Source of the DNA: Candidatus Thorarchaeota archaeon
Lineage (GTDB): Archaea > Asgardarchaeota > Thorarchaeia > Thorarchaeales > Thorarchaeaceae
DNA: 64,000 nt
Direction: 5' to 3'
NCBI GenBank assembly: GCA_048884785.1
Contig: JBHLQM010000004.1
Location: 41,227 to 105,226, forward strand
Part shown: positions 9,937 through 19,905 of the stretch, piece by piece
Numbering within the stretch: position 1 is the first letter of the stretch
Layout of the letters: each line of letters starts with the position of its first letter
Program-made: the position numbers and the translations under genes
The notes under the pieces: generated by a model
Seen by the model: the letters and a program-made list of their open reading frames with translations, nothing else
Database searches by the model: none
What the model was told of the DNA's origin: nothing

Positions 9937-10425
9937 CTAGCCAGAAATTGAGTCAGCTGTTTTTAGGGCAGGTACAACAATTATGCGTCTTAACAGCTCT
10001 CGCAAATATTGACTGCTTCTAGCCCTTCGTGCAATCACAGGGCTAATCTCATAGTAAAGAAATACCATGAATCGACCTAGGTAGTTCGAAAGAAGGAAAT
10101 CGTCTCTGAATAACCTTAACCGATTGATCTCAGAATTAAGTGAAGTACCATAAACTGCAGTAGCGATAAAGCAGTCGGACTCATGTTCATTACAGAGTAT
10201 CTCTTCTCCAATTATCTTTGCCTTATGCTTGTCACACATGTAGACTGTTTTGTTGCATGTTATGCATTGACCAACAGGGTTCACTCCATCATGTAGAGGA
10301 ATGCCACACCTATCACAATACCTTTGCTTGAAACCATCATCTAGGCTTGCACCACACTTGTGACACTCTGCGGCATCACTAGGATTTCCCATCCCGCAGT
10401 ATCGACATTCGATAATCTCTGGCAT
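9937..10425 (-). CDS. Multi-zinc-ribbon protein with C-terminal CFI-box-CTERM domain
   Basis: CRYC/CHKC, CDRC/CITC, CDKH/CNEH; CFIATAVYG...LRLFRDDFL...YYEISP; ATG 10425 after AGGGGG. Confidence 0.8.
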   Translation of the reverse strand: MPEIIECRYCGMGNPSDAAECHKCGASLDDGFKQRYCDRCGIPLHDGVNPVGQCITCNKTVYMCDKHKAKIIGEEILCNEHESDCFIATAVYGTSLNSEINRLRLFRDDFLLSNYLGRFMVFLYYEISPVIARRARSSQYLRELLRRIIVVPALKTADSISG

Positions 10426-10475
10426 CTTTTTCCCCCTTTTATTTGGCAATCTTTTAGGCAAATACCAGCAATTTC

Positions 10476-10489
10476 TAATTAGCTAATTA
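10476..10489. promoter_or_regulatory. Perfect 14-bp palindrome TAATTAGCTAATTA in divergent intergenic region
   Basis: Seen directly; function inferred. Confidence 0.3.
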
Positions 10490-10619
10490 CTAGGCTAATC
10501 ATATGGTGTCCTGATTAAGGTTATTAGTTGAAAATTCTAATATTGCATATATGATTTGTCCCGGAATTCCGAAAGACAAATAGCACGCCACCACGTTTTT
10601 GGAATTCCTTGGGGGTGGG

Positions 10620-13600
10620 ATGATCATGACTGAGAGAGGTACAGAGCGAGCCGCGCGCGTTGCCGATGTCATGCAGACTTTAGCACGTATCTTAGTTCTT
10701 GTAATAATAATTCCAACTGCAATTCTGTTGGCTGTTTATTACCTGCTAATGGGACTGATACCCGACAATTTGATTCGGATGATGTTCTCCCTCACATTTG
10801 GCCTTGGCATTGCAGGTGGATTTGTTGCCCGAATGGAGCGTCCTCTTTTGGGAAGCTCGATTGTGACCCTAGCCGCCATTTTTGGTGCTGTTTCCCTAGC
10901 GATTTTTTGGAGTTCCCTCTTCAGCTCGATTGCTGTGCTTCATGTTTACTTAATCGTATTATTGGGAATACTAAGCTATCTCCATAGGGTTCATGTCATT
11001 CCGCCTTGGAGATGGATAAAGATTCGTTCGTTATTAGGAATCTCAATTAGTGCATCAGCACCTCTAGCGTCGATTATTCTGTTTCAAGGTATGGGACTGC
11101 AAGCTCCTCACATAATTTCAATCTCCATGCTCATTCTATGGGTATACACCGCAGGTGGCCAGTATTATCTTCGAGCCCTTCGGTTGGGTCCAGCTAGTGC
11201 TTTGTTCCTATCCCTTAGCGTATCATTTCTAGTATTGCAGTATCATCTTGATACGTGTCCAGCATCAGATATTCTATTGAGCATGTCAGTAGCTTTTCTT
11301 GGTTTTGGAGGAGGTTTGTTTGTAGTTTCACAGATTCTGCGATTCATTCAGAAATCAATATCCCTGCGTACCATATCTTCTCGTGAAAGGAAACATCGAG
11401 AAGGCATTCTCGATAATTATCCAGAGCAGGGAGACGAGCTACCTGATGCGTTTCCGGAATGGATTATCAGGTCAAAACACGCGCAGGCAATATCTGGAAT
11501 TGCGATGCTCGCCATTGCGGCAGGCATTCCGGTATACTTTCTATGGATGGCCCAATCTACAACTTGGGGAGTTGAACCCAGTTTCTTGAATTTGTTCGTG
11601 CCGCTCGCATTCTTGGCATTCCTTCTAACATTGATTCCATCACCTGTTCTTTTTCGATTAGGAGGAATCATGCAAAGGTCAACTGAGAGCAATATAGTAA
11701 AGGGAATCGGGCTTCTCATGGTATTGGATGCATCTCTCGCATCATACATTTGGACCCAATTTTGGTTTTTCTCTCTTATGCAGTCTATTACATTCTCTTT
11801 CATCCTCCTAATAACTGGGCTAACAGGTGTCTTTGAGCGAATTCGTGCACTCTGGAAAAGAGTGGGATATGAACTCCTGTACCAAATCAAAAAACTAAGA
11901 CACTGGATTTCAGGGCATCTTGTTCACACTGGAGTTGCGGTAGATTCTGTGATCACATTATTCGTTATGTCATTTCTTTATCCATTTCTATATCCGCTGC
12001 CAAATATGATTGCACCTTTGCTTCTACTTTCAGTAGTTCTATTCACTCTCATTGCTATGGCTGGAGTTGCAGCATTACGGATGCTACCTAAGAGAATTCA
12101 ATTCGCTTCCATAGGGTGGTCCATCCTACTGATTTCAGGTAGCTTGCTGACATATTGGTATCTGACTTACATTGTTAATATGGAACTAATGCCCTGCCTA
12201 GCGTACTCTTCTCTCTGGTTTATTGGCATGGCTGCTCTGCAAAAAGCAAACCTCTCCCGTCCGTTGGTTTCTATTCCGGTTGCTTTTGGAGTTCTTGGAA
12301 CACTCTATCATCTTGTTCCATTGGAGTACAATTATTCATCTATCACATATCCGTGGATCACCATTACCTCAGCAATTCTTCTTCTTGGCCTTGTTCTCCA
12401 TAAAGAGTATATCAGATTTCTCGGTGCAAGTTATAGATTACTTGCTGCCACAGGTAGAAGGATTTACAATGTAATCTCGAGGGCTGCCCATGTTATCATT
12501 AGTGTTCTAACTCGTTTCGCCACAGCTGCTAGGCGTGTGCTTGTACGTGTAGGAGGTTTCATCTATCGCGGTGCAGTATTCATTGGACTCCAGCTTCTGA
12601 GATTCGTCCTTGCCGTATATACAATAATCATTGTCATTGCAATTGCACATTTCGGATACAATGTTGTCTTTATTACAGGAACCTACGAGCCATGGTTTCT
12701 TTTCTCTTCTCTTTCACTAGTATTCTTCATTGCTCTATCACCTTCTCTCTATTTTAGAGAACGACACAAGACACCTTTGCTGAAGATTGTCATTATTGGA
12801 ATTGGGCTTACATTAGGCGGTTTTGTGTTTGGTCTAATTTCCTCTCTGCATTTCTGGTTGCGCATTCCTCTATCCATCGCGTCAGTTCTTGCCTTCTGGA
12901 CATTAACCCGAAAAGGGTTGCCTGAAAAATCCAGGGATGTTCTTCCTGTGGCAACATGGCTTGCAGTTCTTTCCGCCATTTCCCTTATGACCTGGCTGAC
13001 ATCCTTTGAAGCCTCATTGGTCGTTGCATCTATAACTACGGCTTTTATCACCGGAGTTGGGTTTTTGCCTATCAGGATTCAAACCAAACTTGCACGCGTT
13101 TCAAGCCTCCTTTACCTAGTTTTGTCTGTTCCTTCGGGAGCAGCCATGGCATTCATGTATACATCGGACTACGTTCTTTCACTGCTTGTTATCGCAGCTC
13201 TTCCAGCTGCAGTACTTTATCGGCAATACTCGAGCGGTCTAGAATTCCTGGCGGGCAAGCTTGCAGCTGGATTCAGGATTCTGGCATCTGCATTATTGCA
13301 TGCTTTGAGAATCATAGCACAAAGATTGTCTATTGCAGTGAGATACATATTGATCGTACTCGCGGCAAACATCATTCCTGCTACAGGAGTCTTCAGCATT
13401 GCCATTTCATTCGTTATAATGCAGGCCCTTCCGCAGTACGTCCAAGTCTGGTTTCTTGGAGTAACAACTAGGTTGCTTGTTTTCATTCTTCTGACAATGA
13501 TTCTCTGGTTGCCCGCTCTGCTCATTCGGCATCGCGACTTTCCTCTCTTGTTGTCGGGTGTATTGATAACAATAGCAGGCTCGATGGGTGCTCTTTCACT

Positions 13601-16600
13601 TAGCTTTCTTTTGCCATTGGGATTTCTAAGAGCCTTCCTGCTATCAATTGCGCTAACTTCATTCATCCTTGCACTATCTACGCCAGGAATCGAACGAATA
13701 GGGTCTCGAAAGGCACCTTCTTCAGTATCATTTTCAGCTCTTCTCTTGTTCTGTCTTGACCTACTCTCTCTAGACTTTCCTCTAACCCTTGGTATTCTTG
13801 CATTCAGCTTTGCAGTCCTTTCTGCACCATTCTTAAGTAGAATAAACCAGTTTCGGGTCGTCTATCCAATAGCCACTGCATCTTCAATTGCCCTAGTATT
13901 CTACTACTTTGTACTGCCTATTACTGATCTTTGGTTGACTATTAGTTTATGTGTTGCATTCGAAGCACTACTTCTTTCAATTCCGAATGAAATTCGATCA
14001 TGGCAGCTGTGGTGGTTGCTCTCCATCTCCATAGGTTATGCCATCTTCTCAATCATGAATACGGCTCCATATCTAGGAGCTTTTATCGCAATTCTCATTT
14101 CCACTGAACTGATTCACCTGACTCCTGATATAGAATACAGATTCACAGAATACGGTGAAGCATTGAGTGTCATGAGGGGTTTTCTATTAACTGCCTCAGC
14201 TGGGCTAATTCTCTCACCAATCTTATCGGTAGAGCTTGTTGCAGAAATCTGCTTGACAGTATTCCTAATTGTATTTTCAGCTTCAATCTGGAACGGAGCA
14301 TCAGCAAAATCAAGAACGATCTTCCTTGACGCCACGGGAGTATCTCTATCTCTATTATCATTCACATTCTTGTCGGCACTGCTGGAAGTACACTGGTTGC
14401 TCGTTCTCTATATTTCCATCCCGCCAATTTTTGCTGCACTTATTTATGCTTCAACATCAGGTGTCGCACAAAGTCATCATTGGACCGCACTAAAGGGCGT
14501 TGCAGTGCTTTCTATCTCATTGGCATGGTTCAGTGTATATCAAACGGTTGAATCTATTTTACTGGGACTTCCAACTGGTCTGTTTATCGCAATCGCTTTA
14601 TCCTACTGGAATCCTTGGGGCGGGAGTGTGCAAGGGAAGGGTCCAAGTCCTCTCGTGGGGGCTTTCATTTTGCTGATTGAATCAATCTGGGTATTTTATT
14701 CCGTAGTTATATTCTCACTATCTGGGAGTTTGATTCTTCTCGGTGCTTCTCTACTTCCAATTATCCTACTTGGATTTCCATTAAGGAACATGATTAGCTG
14801 GATGCAGTTTGAATTGATCTGGGATGCAATCTCTGCCTCAATCGCTGTAAGCACCGGATCAATCCTCTCAGGGTGGGATATTGCATCGCTGACATTTCCA
14901 CCAAATTTGGCTCTTCTCTTGGGCTGGAGTCTAAGTCTATACTCAATTTTTTCATTATCTGTGACTCATCTCAGCGAGAAAAGACAAAATCTTCAGACTG
15001 AAGAGAAAGTGAGTCATCTGACATGGACTCCTGCAATTCTTGGTTGGACTATTCTCGGATATGCGTACTCCGCAATCTTTGAGTTAATCCCATCATTTCA
15101 GCTCGGGGTATCCTGGCTGTCTTTCTGCATCTCATCGCTTATTTTTGTAACATTGCATCCCAATCCCTCTTCCAACCTTAAAATCGCAATTAACATGCTT
15201 GTTTCTACAGCACTTGCCTATTTCACATGGATTACTTTTAGCTGGGTTGACTCACTTTATTCTTTCATTTTTTCCGTTGGCGTATGGTATCTATTTGGCC
15301 TTCCAGTACTTGCAGCTCCTACCTACAGTCTATTTCGCAGAGCGTACGCTTTTATCACTACACATAGTGAAAACATCGCTCTAGGTCTGCCAGTTATAAT
15401 TGGCTTATGGTTTGGAGCTACATTTCTTCTAGATACAACATGTCCCGCAATTCTTGGTATTGGTGTAAGAAATTGTTTTCAAGCCTTGGCAATTGGAGCG
15501 CTTACTGTTGGTGGCCTTTATCTACTAGAAGGCATGACGCTTAATGGAAATCTCTCATCGAGAGTCAAGCAGCCATCAGTAACAATACTGGGACGAGGAG
15601 TGTTTGTGTTGCTGCTTGCCATTTACCTTCCTGAGGTTTTCGTTGCGTTTGATTTAGTTTTATACTACCTTGCAGGTTCTGCTGCAGTCTCGTTCTTTGT
15701 GATGTTTTTCCTAAATCTTATCCTTGGCTTCCGCGAGGCAATGAGGAGGTCTCTCATGATTGCTGGAGTTCTTCTGTTGCCGTCACTTATGGTGGGATTA
15801 ATGATATTCAATGCATTTCCTCTCCTGGAGTCAATACTACTAGCCTCGTTTGCAAGCTTTCTGGTTGAGAGCCCCCTCTTCGAAGTCCAGATTAGACGAT
15901 TCTTTGGAGCTTTGAGAAATGTAGCTACACTCGTTTCAAATGCACTAAGAAAGCTTGGTCATGCAATCAAGCAGTTTTTCCTTCGCTTTGGATATATCAA
16001 CTGGATTGCTTTCTCTGCTGGATTCACTATCTGTCTTTCCTGGTTGTCATACCCATTCTTCAGCGAATTTCTCAATATGAATCCCCTGAGTTTTGCCTAT
16101 GTGATTCCTAGCATAGGGATACCAATTCTTGTGCTTGGTTTTCTTTTGCTGAGCATATCCATAATCAGACGTACCGTTAGATCTTCATTTGGTTCTGCAT
16201 CATTCATGATTGCACTTTTTGGAGCAGCAACTACAGGGACATCATGGCTGTTTGACCATGGATTTATGCTGGAATCAACGGCAGTTGGCGTAATCCTCGT
16301 ATGCCTGTCCATTCTGATTTTCATGCGAGAGCGCCATATAATGGGTAGGTGGGTTTCTGCAATTTGGAGCCCAATCCCCCTCTCACTTGGCGTCCTTATA
16401 TTCAGTTTTATTTATCCGGTTGGTTCACCTATTGAATTGCTGCCGCTTGCATTATCTGTATCAGCAATGATTGGTCTATTTCTCTTATTGCTCTCTGCTT
16501 ACTCCAGATTGATGCCTAATCGAGTAAAGACTCCTCTCTGGGTCATGACAGGTGCATCGTCTGCGATTGCTACATACATGGTATCTGTGGAAGCCTCATT

Positions 16601-16922
16601 CCCTGTATTGGCAAGCATTTACCTAGCTGTATTTGTGATGTCTTGGGTGATGTTTCCCCTCACGCATAGGCAATATCGACATCTATTCAATGCACCTCTA
16701 TTCTTTGCGCTCACGGGCTTTGCATTTACTTTTGTTTTCGGTGAGTATTATCAAGGTCTTTTATTGGCATTGGCTTCGTTTCTTCTATTCATTGTGCTCT
16801 TTGTGAAGGAGCGAGAACCCCGAAATCCAAAACTTGCCTATCTACGTCTCTTTATGCTGATGGTACTTCTCGCTTTCATTGCAGTATTCGGGATCACAAT
16901 GCTCGGGGTATTAATGACGTAG
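10620..16922 (+). CDS. Giant polytopic membrane protein (~2100 aa), unknown function
   Basis: Uninterrupted 6.3-kb ORF made almost entirely of hydrophobic ~20-aa segments with basic amphipathic linkers; start ATG 10620 or 10626. Confidence 0.85.
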   Translation: MIMTERGTERAARVADVMQTLARILVLVIIIPTAILLAVYYLLMGLIPDNLIRMMFSLTFGLGIAGGFVARMERPLLGSSIVTLAAIFGAVSLAIFWSSLFSSIAVLHVYLIVLLGILSYLHRVHVIPPWRWIKIRSLLGISISASAPLASIILFQGMGLQAPHIISISMLILWVYTAGGQYYLRALRLGPASALFLSLSVSFLVLQYHLDTCPASDILLSMSVAFLGFGGGLFVVSQILRFIQKSISLRTISSRERKHREGILDNYPEQGDELPDAFPEWIIRSKHAQAISGIAMLAIAAGIPVYFLWMAQSTTWGVEPSFLNLFVPLAFLAFLLTLIPSPVLFRLGGIMQRSTESNIVKGIGLLMVLDASLASYIWTQFWFFSLMQSITFSFILLITGLTGVFERIRALWKRVGYELLYQIKKLRHWISGHLVHTGVAVDSVITLFVMSFLYPFLYPLPNMIAPLLLLSVVLFTLIAMAGVAALRMLPKRIQFASIGWSILLISGSLLTYWYLTYIVNMELMPCLAYSSLWFIGMAALQKANLSRPLVSIPVAFGVLGTLYHLVPLEYNYSSITYPWITITSAILLLGLVLHKEYIRFLGASYRLLAATGRRIYNVISRAAHVIISVLTRFATAARRVLVRVGGFIYRGAVFIGLQLLRFVLAVYTIIIVIAIAHFGYNVVFITGTYEPWFLFSSLSLVFFIALSPSLYFRERHKTPLLKIVIIGIGLTLGGFVFGLISSLHFWLRIPLSIASVLAFWTLTRKGLPEKSRDVLPVATWLAVLSAISLMTWLTSFEASLVVASITTAFITGVGFLPIRIQTKLARVSSLLYLVLSVPSGAAMAFMYTSDYVLSLLVIAALPAAVLYRQYSSGLEFLAGKLAAGFRILASALLHALRIIAQRLSIAVRYILIVLAANIIPATGVFSIAISFVIMQALPQYVQVWFLGVTTRLLVFILLTMILWLPALLIRHRDFPLLLSGVLITIAGSMGALSLSFLLPLGFLRAFLLSIALTSFILALSTPGIERIGSRKAPSSVSFSALLLFCLDLLSLDFPLTLGILAFSFAVLSAPFLSRINQFRVVYPIATASSIALVFYYFVLPITDLWLTISLCVAFEALLLSIPNEIRSWQLWWLLSISIGYAIFSIMNTAPYLGAFIAILISTELIHLTPDIEYRFTEYGEALSVMRGFLLTASAGLILSPILSVELVAEICLTVFLIVFSASIWNGASAKSRTIFLDATGVSLSLLSFTFLSALLEVHWLLVLYISIPPIFAALIYASTSGVAQSHHWTALKGVAVLSISLAWFSVYQTVESILLGLPTGLFIAIALSYWNPWGGSVQGKGPSPLVGAFILLIESIWVFYSVVIFSLSGSLILLGASLLPIILLGFPLRNMISWMQFELIWDAISASIAVSTGSILSGWDIASLTFPPNLALLLGWSLSLYSIFSLSVTHLSEKRQNLQTEEKVSHLTWTPAILGWTILGYAYSAIFELIPSFQLGVSWLSFCISSLIFVTLHPNPSSNLKIAINMLVSTALAYFTWITFSWVDSLYSFIFSVGVWYLFGLPVLAAPTYSLFRRAYAFITTHSENIALGLPVIIGLWFGATFLLDTTCPAILGIGVRNCFQALAIGALTVGGLYLLEGMTLNGNLSSRVKQPSVTILGRGVFVLLLAIYLPEVFVAFDLVLYYLAGSAAVSFFVMFFLNLILGFREAMRRSLMIAGVLLLPSLMVGLMIFNAFPLLESILLASFASFLVESPLFEVQIRRFFGALRNVATLVSNALRKLGHAIKQFFLRFGYINWIAFSAGFTICLSWLSYPFFSEFLNMNPLSFAYVIPSIGIPILVLGFLLLSISIIRRTVRSSFGSASFMIALFGAATTGTSWLFDHGFMLESTAVGVILVCLSILIFMRERHIMGRWVSAIWSPIPLSLGVLIFSFIYPVGSPIELLPLALSVSAMIGLFLLLLSAYSRLMPNRVKTPLWVMTGASSAIATYMVSVEASFPVLASIYLAVFVMSWVMFPLTHRQYRHLFNAPLFFALTGFAFTFVFGEYYQGLLLALASFLLFIVLFVKEREPRNPKLAYLRLFMLMVLLAFIAVFGITMLGVLMT

Positions 16923-16924
16923 GA

Positions 16925-17401
16925 CTAGAATTCTTTATCGGTACAGTACCCTCTCTGAACTCTTCCGGGTACTCCCTCGAAGGTACGTCCATTGCCTGAG
17001 TGGTGTTTAGATTTTCGCCGCAGGACCCCCATGAATGGTTTGCTCATATCTAAAACATGATCGGAAGTATCAATGGGATGTTCCAGTTCGAAAAATTGCC
17101 CGCTATATCCTCGAGCTAATTGCATTGATTCATTGTATACTGTAATTCTGCCGTTTCTCAGGAGATAGCCTTTTTCCACCTCAATCTCATCTATTTCATC
17201 ATTCCAAAGAATAAGGTCTATCTGTGCAGTTTCATCAGCAACTTTGGCTTGAGCTACTCTGTAGCTCTTCCCGGATTTCTTTGACCTTACTATTCTAGGC
17301 GTGTTTAGCTCAACTACCTTAAAACGGACTGAAATCCTGTGGCTAGTAATCTTTAGTTGGTTGATCTTTAGATTGTTTTCTACTATTTCTTCTTGAGGCA
17401 T
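16925..17401 (-). CDS. ssb: Single OB-fold ssDNA-binding protein (crenarchaeal SSB/RPA-like) with basic tail
   Basis: FKVVELNTPRIV...VADETAQIDLILWNDEI...NGRITVYNESMQL. Confidence 0.8.
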   Translation of the reverse strand: MPQEEIVENNLKINQLKITSHRISVRFKVVELNTPRIVRSKKSGKSYRVAQAKVADETAQIDLILWNDEIDEIEVEKGYLLRNGRITVYNESMQLARGYSGQFFELEHPIDTSDHVLDMSKPFMGVLRRKSKHHSGNGRTFEGVPGRVQRGYCTDKEF

Positions 17402-17595
17402 TTCTAATTGACCACACTATAATATTCTTCTACTGAGGTTAAGAACACCTACTCGTTGAGAATTCAGAGTTCCGCCTATACTTTCCGACACAATTGGCTC
17501 TAGAACCTTCTCGCTCCAACTTCTGCAATTCAGTACGATTCATAAGGCACTCAGCTTAAAATACGCCAAACCTCATACAACTGGATAGAATACGA

Positions 17596-17997
17596 ATGAC
17601 AGTCCGCATATTTCTTGTTGATGATGAACCAGCGGTACCAAAACTTGTGGGCATCTACCTCAGAAGCTTTCTTGATGATTTTGAGGTCATGAGCTCAACC
17701 AGCGGATTGAAGGCGATTGAGAAGATTTCCCTAATCGTGAGGGGTGGCTACTTAGACAGAATTCCTGATATCACCGTCCTCGATTTTAGAATGCCAGGAA
17801 TGGGTGGACTTGAAACTGCGTCAAAACTAAAGGAGTTAGGTGTTCCTAATATCTATATTCTCACAGCGTACATCAGCCCTGAACTAATAGAAGCAGCAAC
17901 AACTATTGGAGTAAAGGGAATAATGAGAAAGAGTGAGGGTTTCAAAGAGATAGCTCGTCGAATTGCAGATGCGGCTAGAGCATTACAAACCTCATGA
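17596..17997 (+). CDS. Stand-alone response regulator receiver domain
   Basis: IFLVDDE, phosphoacceptor LDFRMPGMGG, LTAY, MRKS. Confidence 0.92.
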   Translation: MTVRIFLVDDEPAVPKLVGIYLRSFLDDFEVMSSTSGLKAIEKISLIVRGGYLDRIPDITVLDFRMPGMGGLETASKLKELGVPNIYILTAYISPELIEAATTIGVKGIMRKSEGFKEIARRIADAARALQTS

Positions 17998-18051
17998 TTT
18001 ATCAACAAAACCCTTTTCAGAATGCAGCAATCTATTGATTTGCTTGAATAA

Positions 18052-19683
18052 GTGGAGGTATCTGATTTGGCACGCTCTCACTCTAAAATTGCATTTGCGT
18101 TATTTGCTCTATTCTTTGCTATGCTATTCATTTCTGGCTCTATGTCAACAGCGCAGGCACAGAGTTTCGGAGATGACTGGATTGAAGATGAGGATGAAAA
18201 ACTGCATATCCTCTTGACATTTGATGGTAGGTCGGCAACTACGGCAACTGAATCTAATCCTATAGTCATACCTCGAAATGAACCAATGGAACTACATCTA
18301 GAAATCAATGTGACCAATGATGTTCCACTTAATGTTAGTGGAGTGATAACTTTTTACTTCAATGATATTCCAGTGCTTCCTATTCAAATCCAGAATCCTG
18401 TTACGGAATCTGCATGGGTGCCTGTTGATCCAGTTTTAGGCATTATCCCAGTCACTTACCTATTCAATCTAAGTGATTATCTTGAAGTAGGCCCTGTTGA
18501 TTTGATGACAGGGATATACCAGTCCCGATTATCTTTCAGCTTTTATGAAATAGATCCTTCTGATTCCGTGCGTTCATCAGTGTTACATACTGTTTACACA
18601 GAGTTTTATTTTATACTCCCTGTTGAGAATCCTCTACAGGTGATTACCACCGTTGCAGGTTTGATAACAACTGGCTCCACTATTGCTGCTGTAGGTGGAG
18701 TTGGTTTGAATATACAAAAGATACTCGAGGCTATCCAGACAGCTCACAAAGCTAAAAGTATTCACAAGAAAACGGGAGAAATTAGATCTCTTCCAAATCT
18801 AATGGTTATAGGTGCTCTCCCATTGCTTTTCTCTATGCTATCGAGTATGGTTTCAGTTAAGAAAAAGAAGAGAAAAGATGCTGTTGAAGATCAACCTGAT
18901 AGCGTTAGTGAATATCGTCTCAGGCAAAGACTACGCGAAACAGCTCCTGAGGCCTGGCAAGTTGATAAATGTCCAAGATGCAAACGCGACTGGGACAAGA
19001 AAACAAACACCTGCAAGAAGTGCAAGATTGATGTTGATACCGGGCGGCAAGAATACGCTGAGTACCTTTCAACTAAGACTGAGAAAGCTATCAAAGTTGT
19101 AGGGAAGAAGAAATCAATTTCTATTCAAAAACTCTCAAAAGCAATCAAAACCAACGAGTATAACGCCGGAGTCATTGGAGCTGCAATGGTGGATACTGGC
19201 GTAACAGAGATACAAAAGATTGACACGCCATTCAGGAGTTTTATTATCAATATTGGTGGTCTAATCTTTCTAATCCTAACTTGGCAACAGCTACTTGGTG
19301 GTGCCGCAAGTAAGTTCCAGACCACACTGACATTTGTGGGTGCTGGGCTCTCTCTCGCAGTTATCATAGCTCTCTACGTAGCTAGAAAAACTCAGATCGA
19401 GAAGCTCAGAGTTGAAGTCGAGGATGGGGGTAAGCTAATGCCAACTGAGGCGGAGAGAGAGGCCAAAGATGAAATCCCTGAAGCTGAATCGCTCCCGTCA
19501 GAGGACGAGCCGTACGAAGAAGCAACCGATGAGGAAACAGCAGACGAAGAATCTGACGATTATGCGGATGAAGAAGTATCTGAATTACAGGAGGAGATTG
19601 ACGAAGAATGGTCTGAAGATTCCGATCTTGATGATGACTCAGATTCATTGCCTCCAGAGCGACTTGACAAAGAGAGGAAATAG
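18052..19683 (+). CDS. Membrane protein: signal peptide, extracellular domain, TMs, Zn ribbon, wHTH-like segment, acidic tail
   Basis: AQAQS cleavage-like site; CPRC-x10-CKKC; D/E-rich C-terminus. Confidence 0.75.
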   Translation: MEVSDLARSHSKIAFALFALFFAMLFISGSMSTAQAQSFGDDWIEDEDEKLHILLTFDGRSATTATESNPIVIPRNEPMELHLEINVTNDVPLNVSGVITFYFNDIPVLPIQIQNPVTESAWVPVDPVLGIIPVTYLFNLSDYLEVGPVDLMTGIYQSRLSFSFYEIDPSDSVRSSVLHTVYTEFYFILPVENPLQVITTVAGLITTGSTIAAVGGVGLNIQKILEAIQTAHKAKSIHKKTGEIRSLPNLMVIGALPLLFSMLSSMVSVKKKKRKDAVEDQPDSVSEYRLRQRLRETAPEAWQVDKCPRCKRDWDKKTNTCKKCKIDVDTGRQEYAEYLSTKTEKAIKVVGKKKSISIQKLSKAIKTNEYNAGVIGAAMVDTGVTEIQKIDTPFRSFIINIGGLIFLILTWQQLLGGAASKFQTTLTFVGAGLSLAVIIALYVARKTQIEKLRVEVEDGGKLMPTEAEREAKDEIPEAESLPSEDEPYEEATDEETADEESDDYADEEVSELQEEIDEEWSEDSDLDDDSDSLPPERLDKERK

Positions 19684-19693
19684 ATGCCTATTG

Positions 19694-19738
19694 TGGTAGC
19701 AGGGGTAGCCTGCCCCGCTACCATCTGACTCTTTTATT
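19694..19738 (+). terminator. GC-rich hairpin plus T-rich tract after 18052-19683
   Basis: TGGTAGC-A-GGGGTA/TGCCCC-GCTACCA stem followed by TCTTTTATT. Confidence 0.55.
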
Positions 19739-19905
19739 CCTAATACCCCGAATCATCCCTGGGTTTCTCTGTTGGTTTACTCCCGATTATCCCGACTGCC
19801 TTACTTCGTTTGGCATTTGGCATATATGGATTCTGAATAGCAATGTCCTATATTGGTAAGAGTGATTAGGGAGGAGATTCAGCAATGGGCAAGGGATGAA
19901 CTGCT

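Noticed and set aside
19470-19660. GAR/GAY-rich low-complexity DNA
   Set aside because: Explained by the acidic protein tail; not an independent repeat
19740-19823. 27-codon minus-strand ORF MPNAKRSKAVGIIGSKPTEKPRDDSGY
   Set aside because: Too short to support without conservation data
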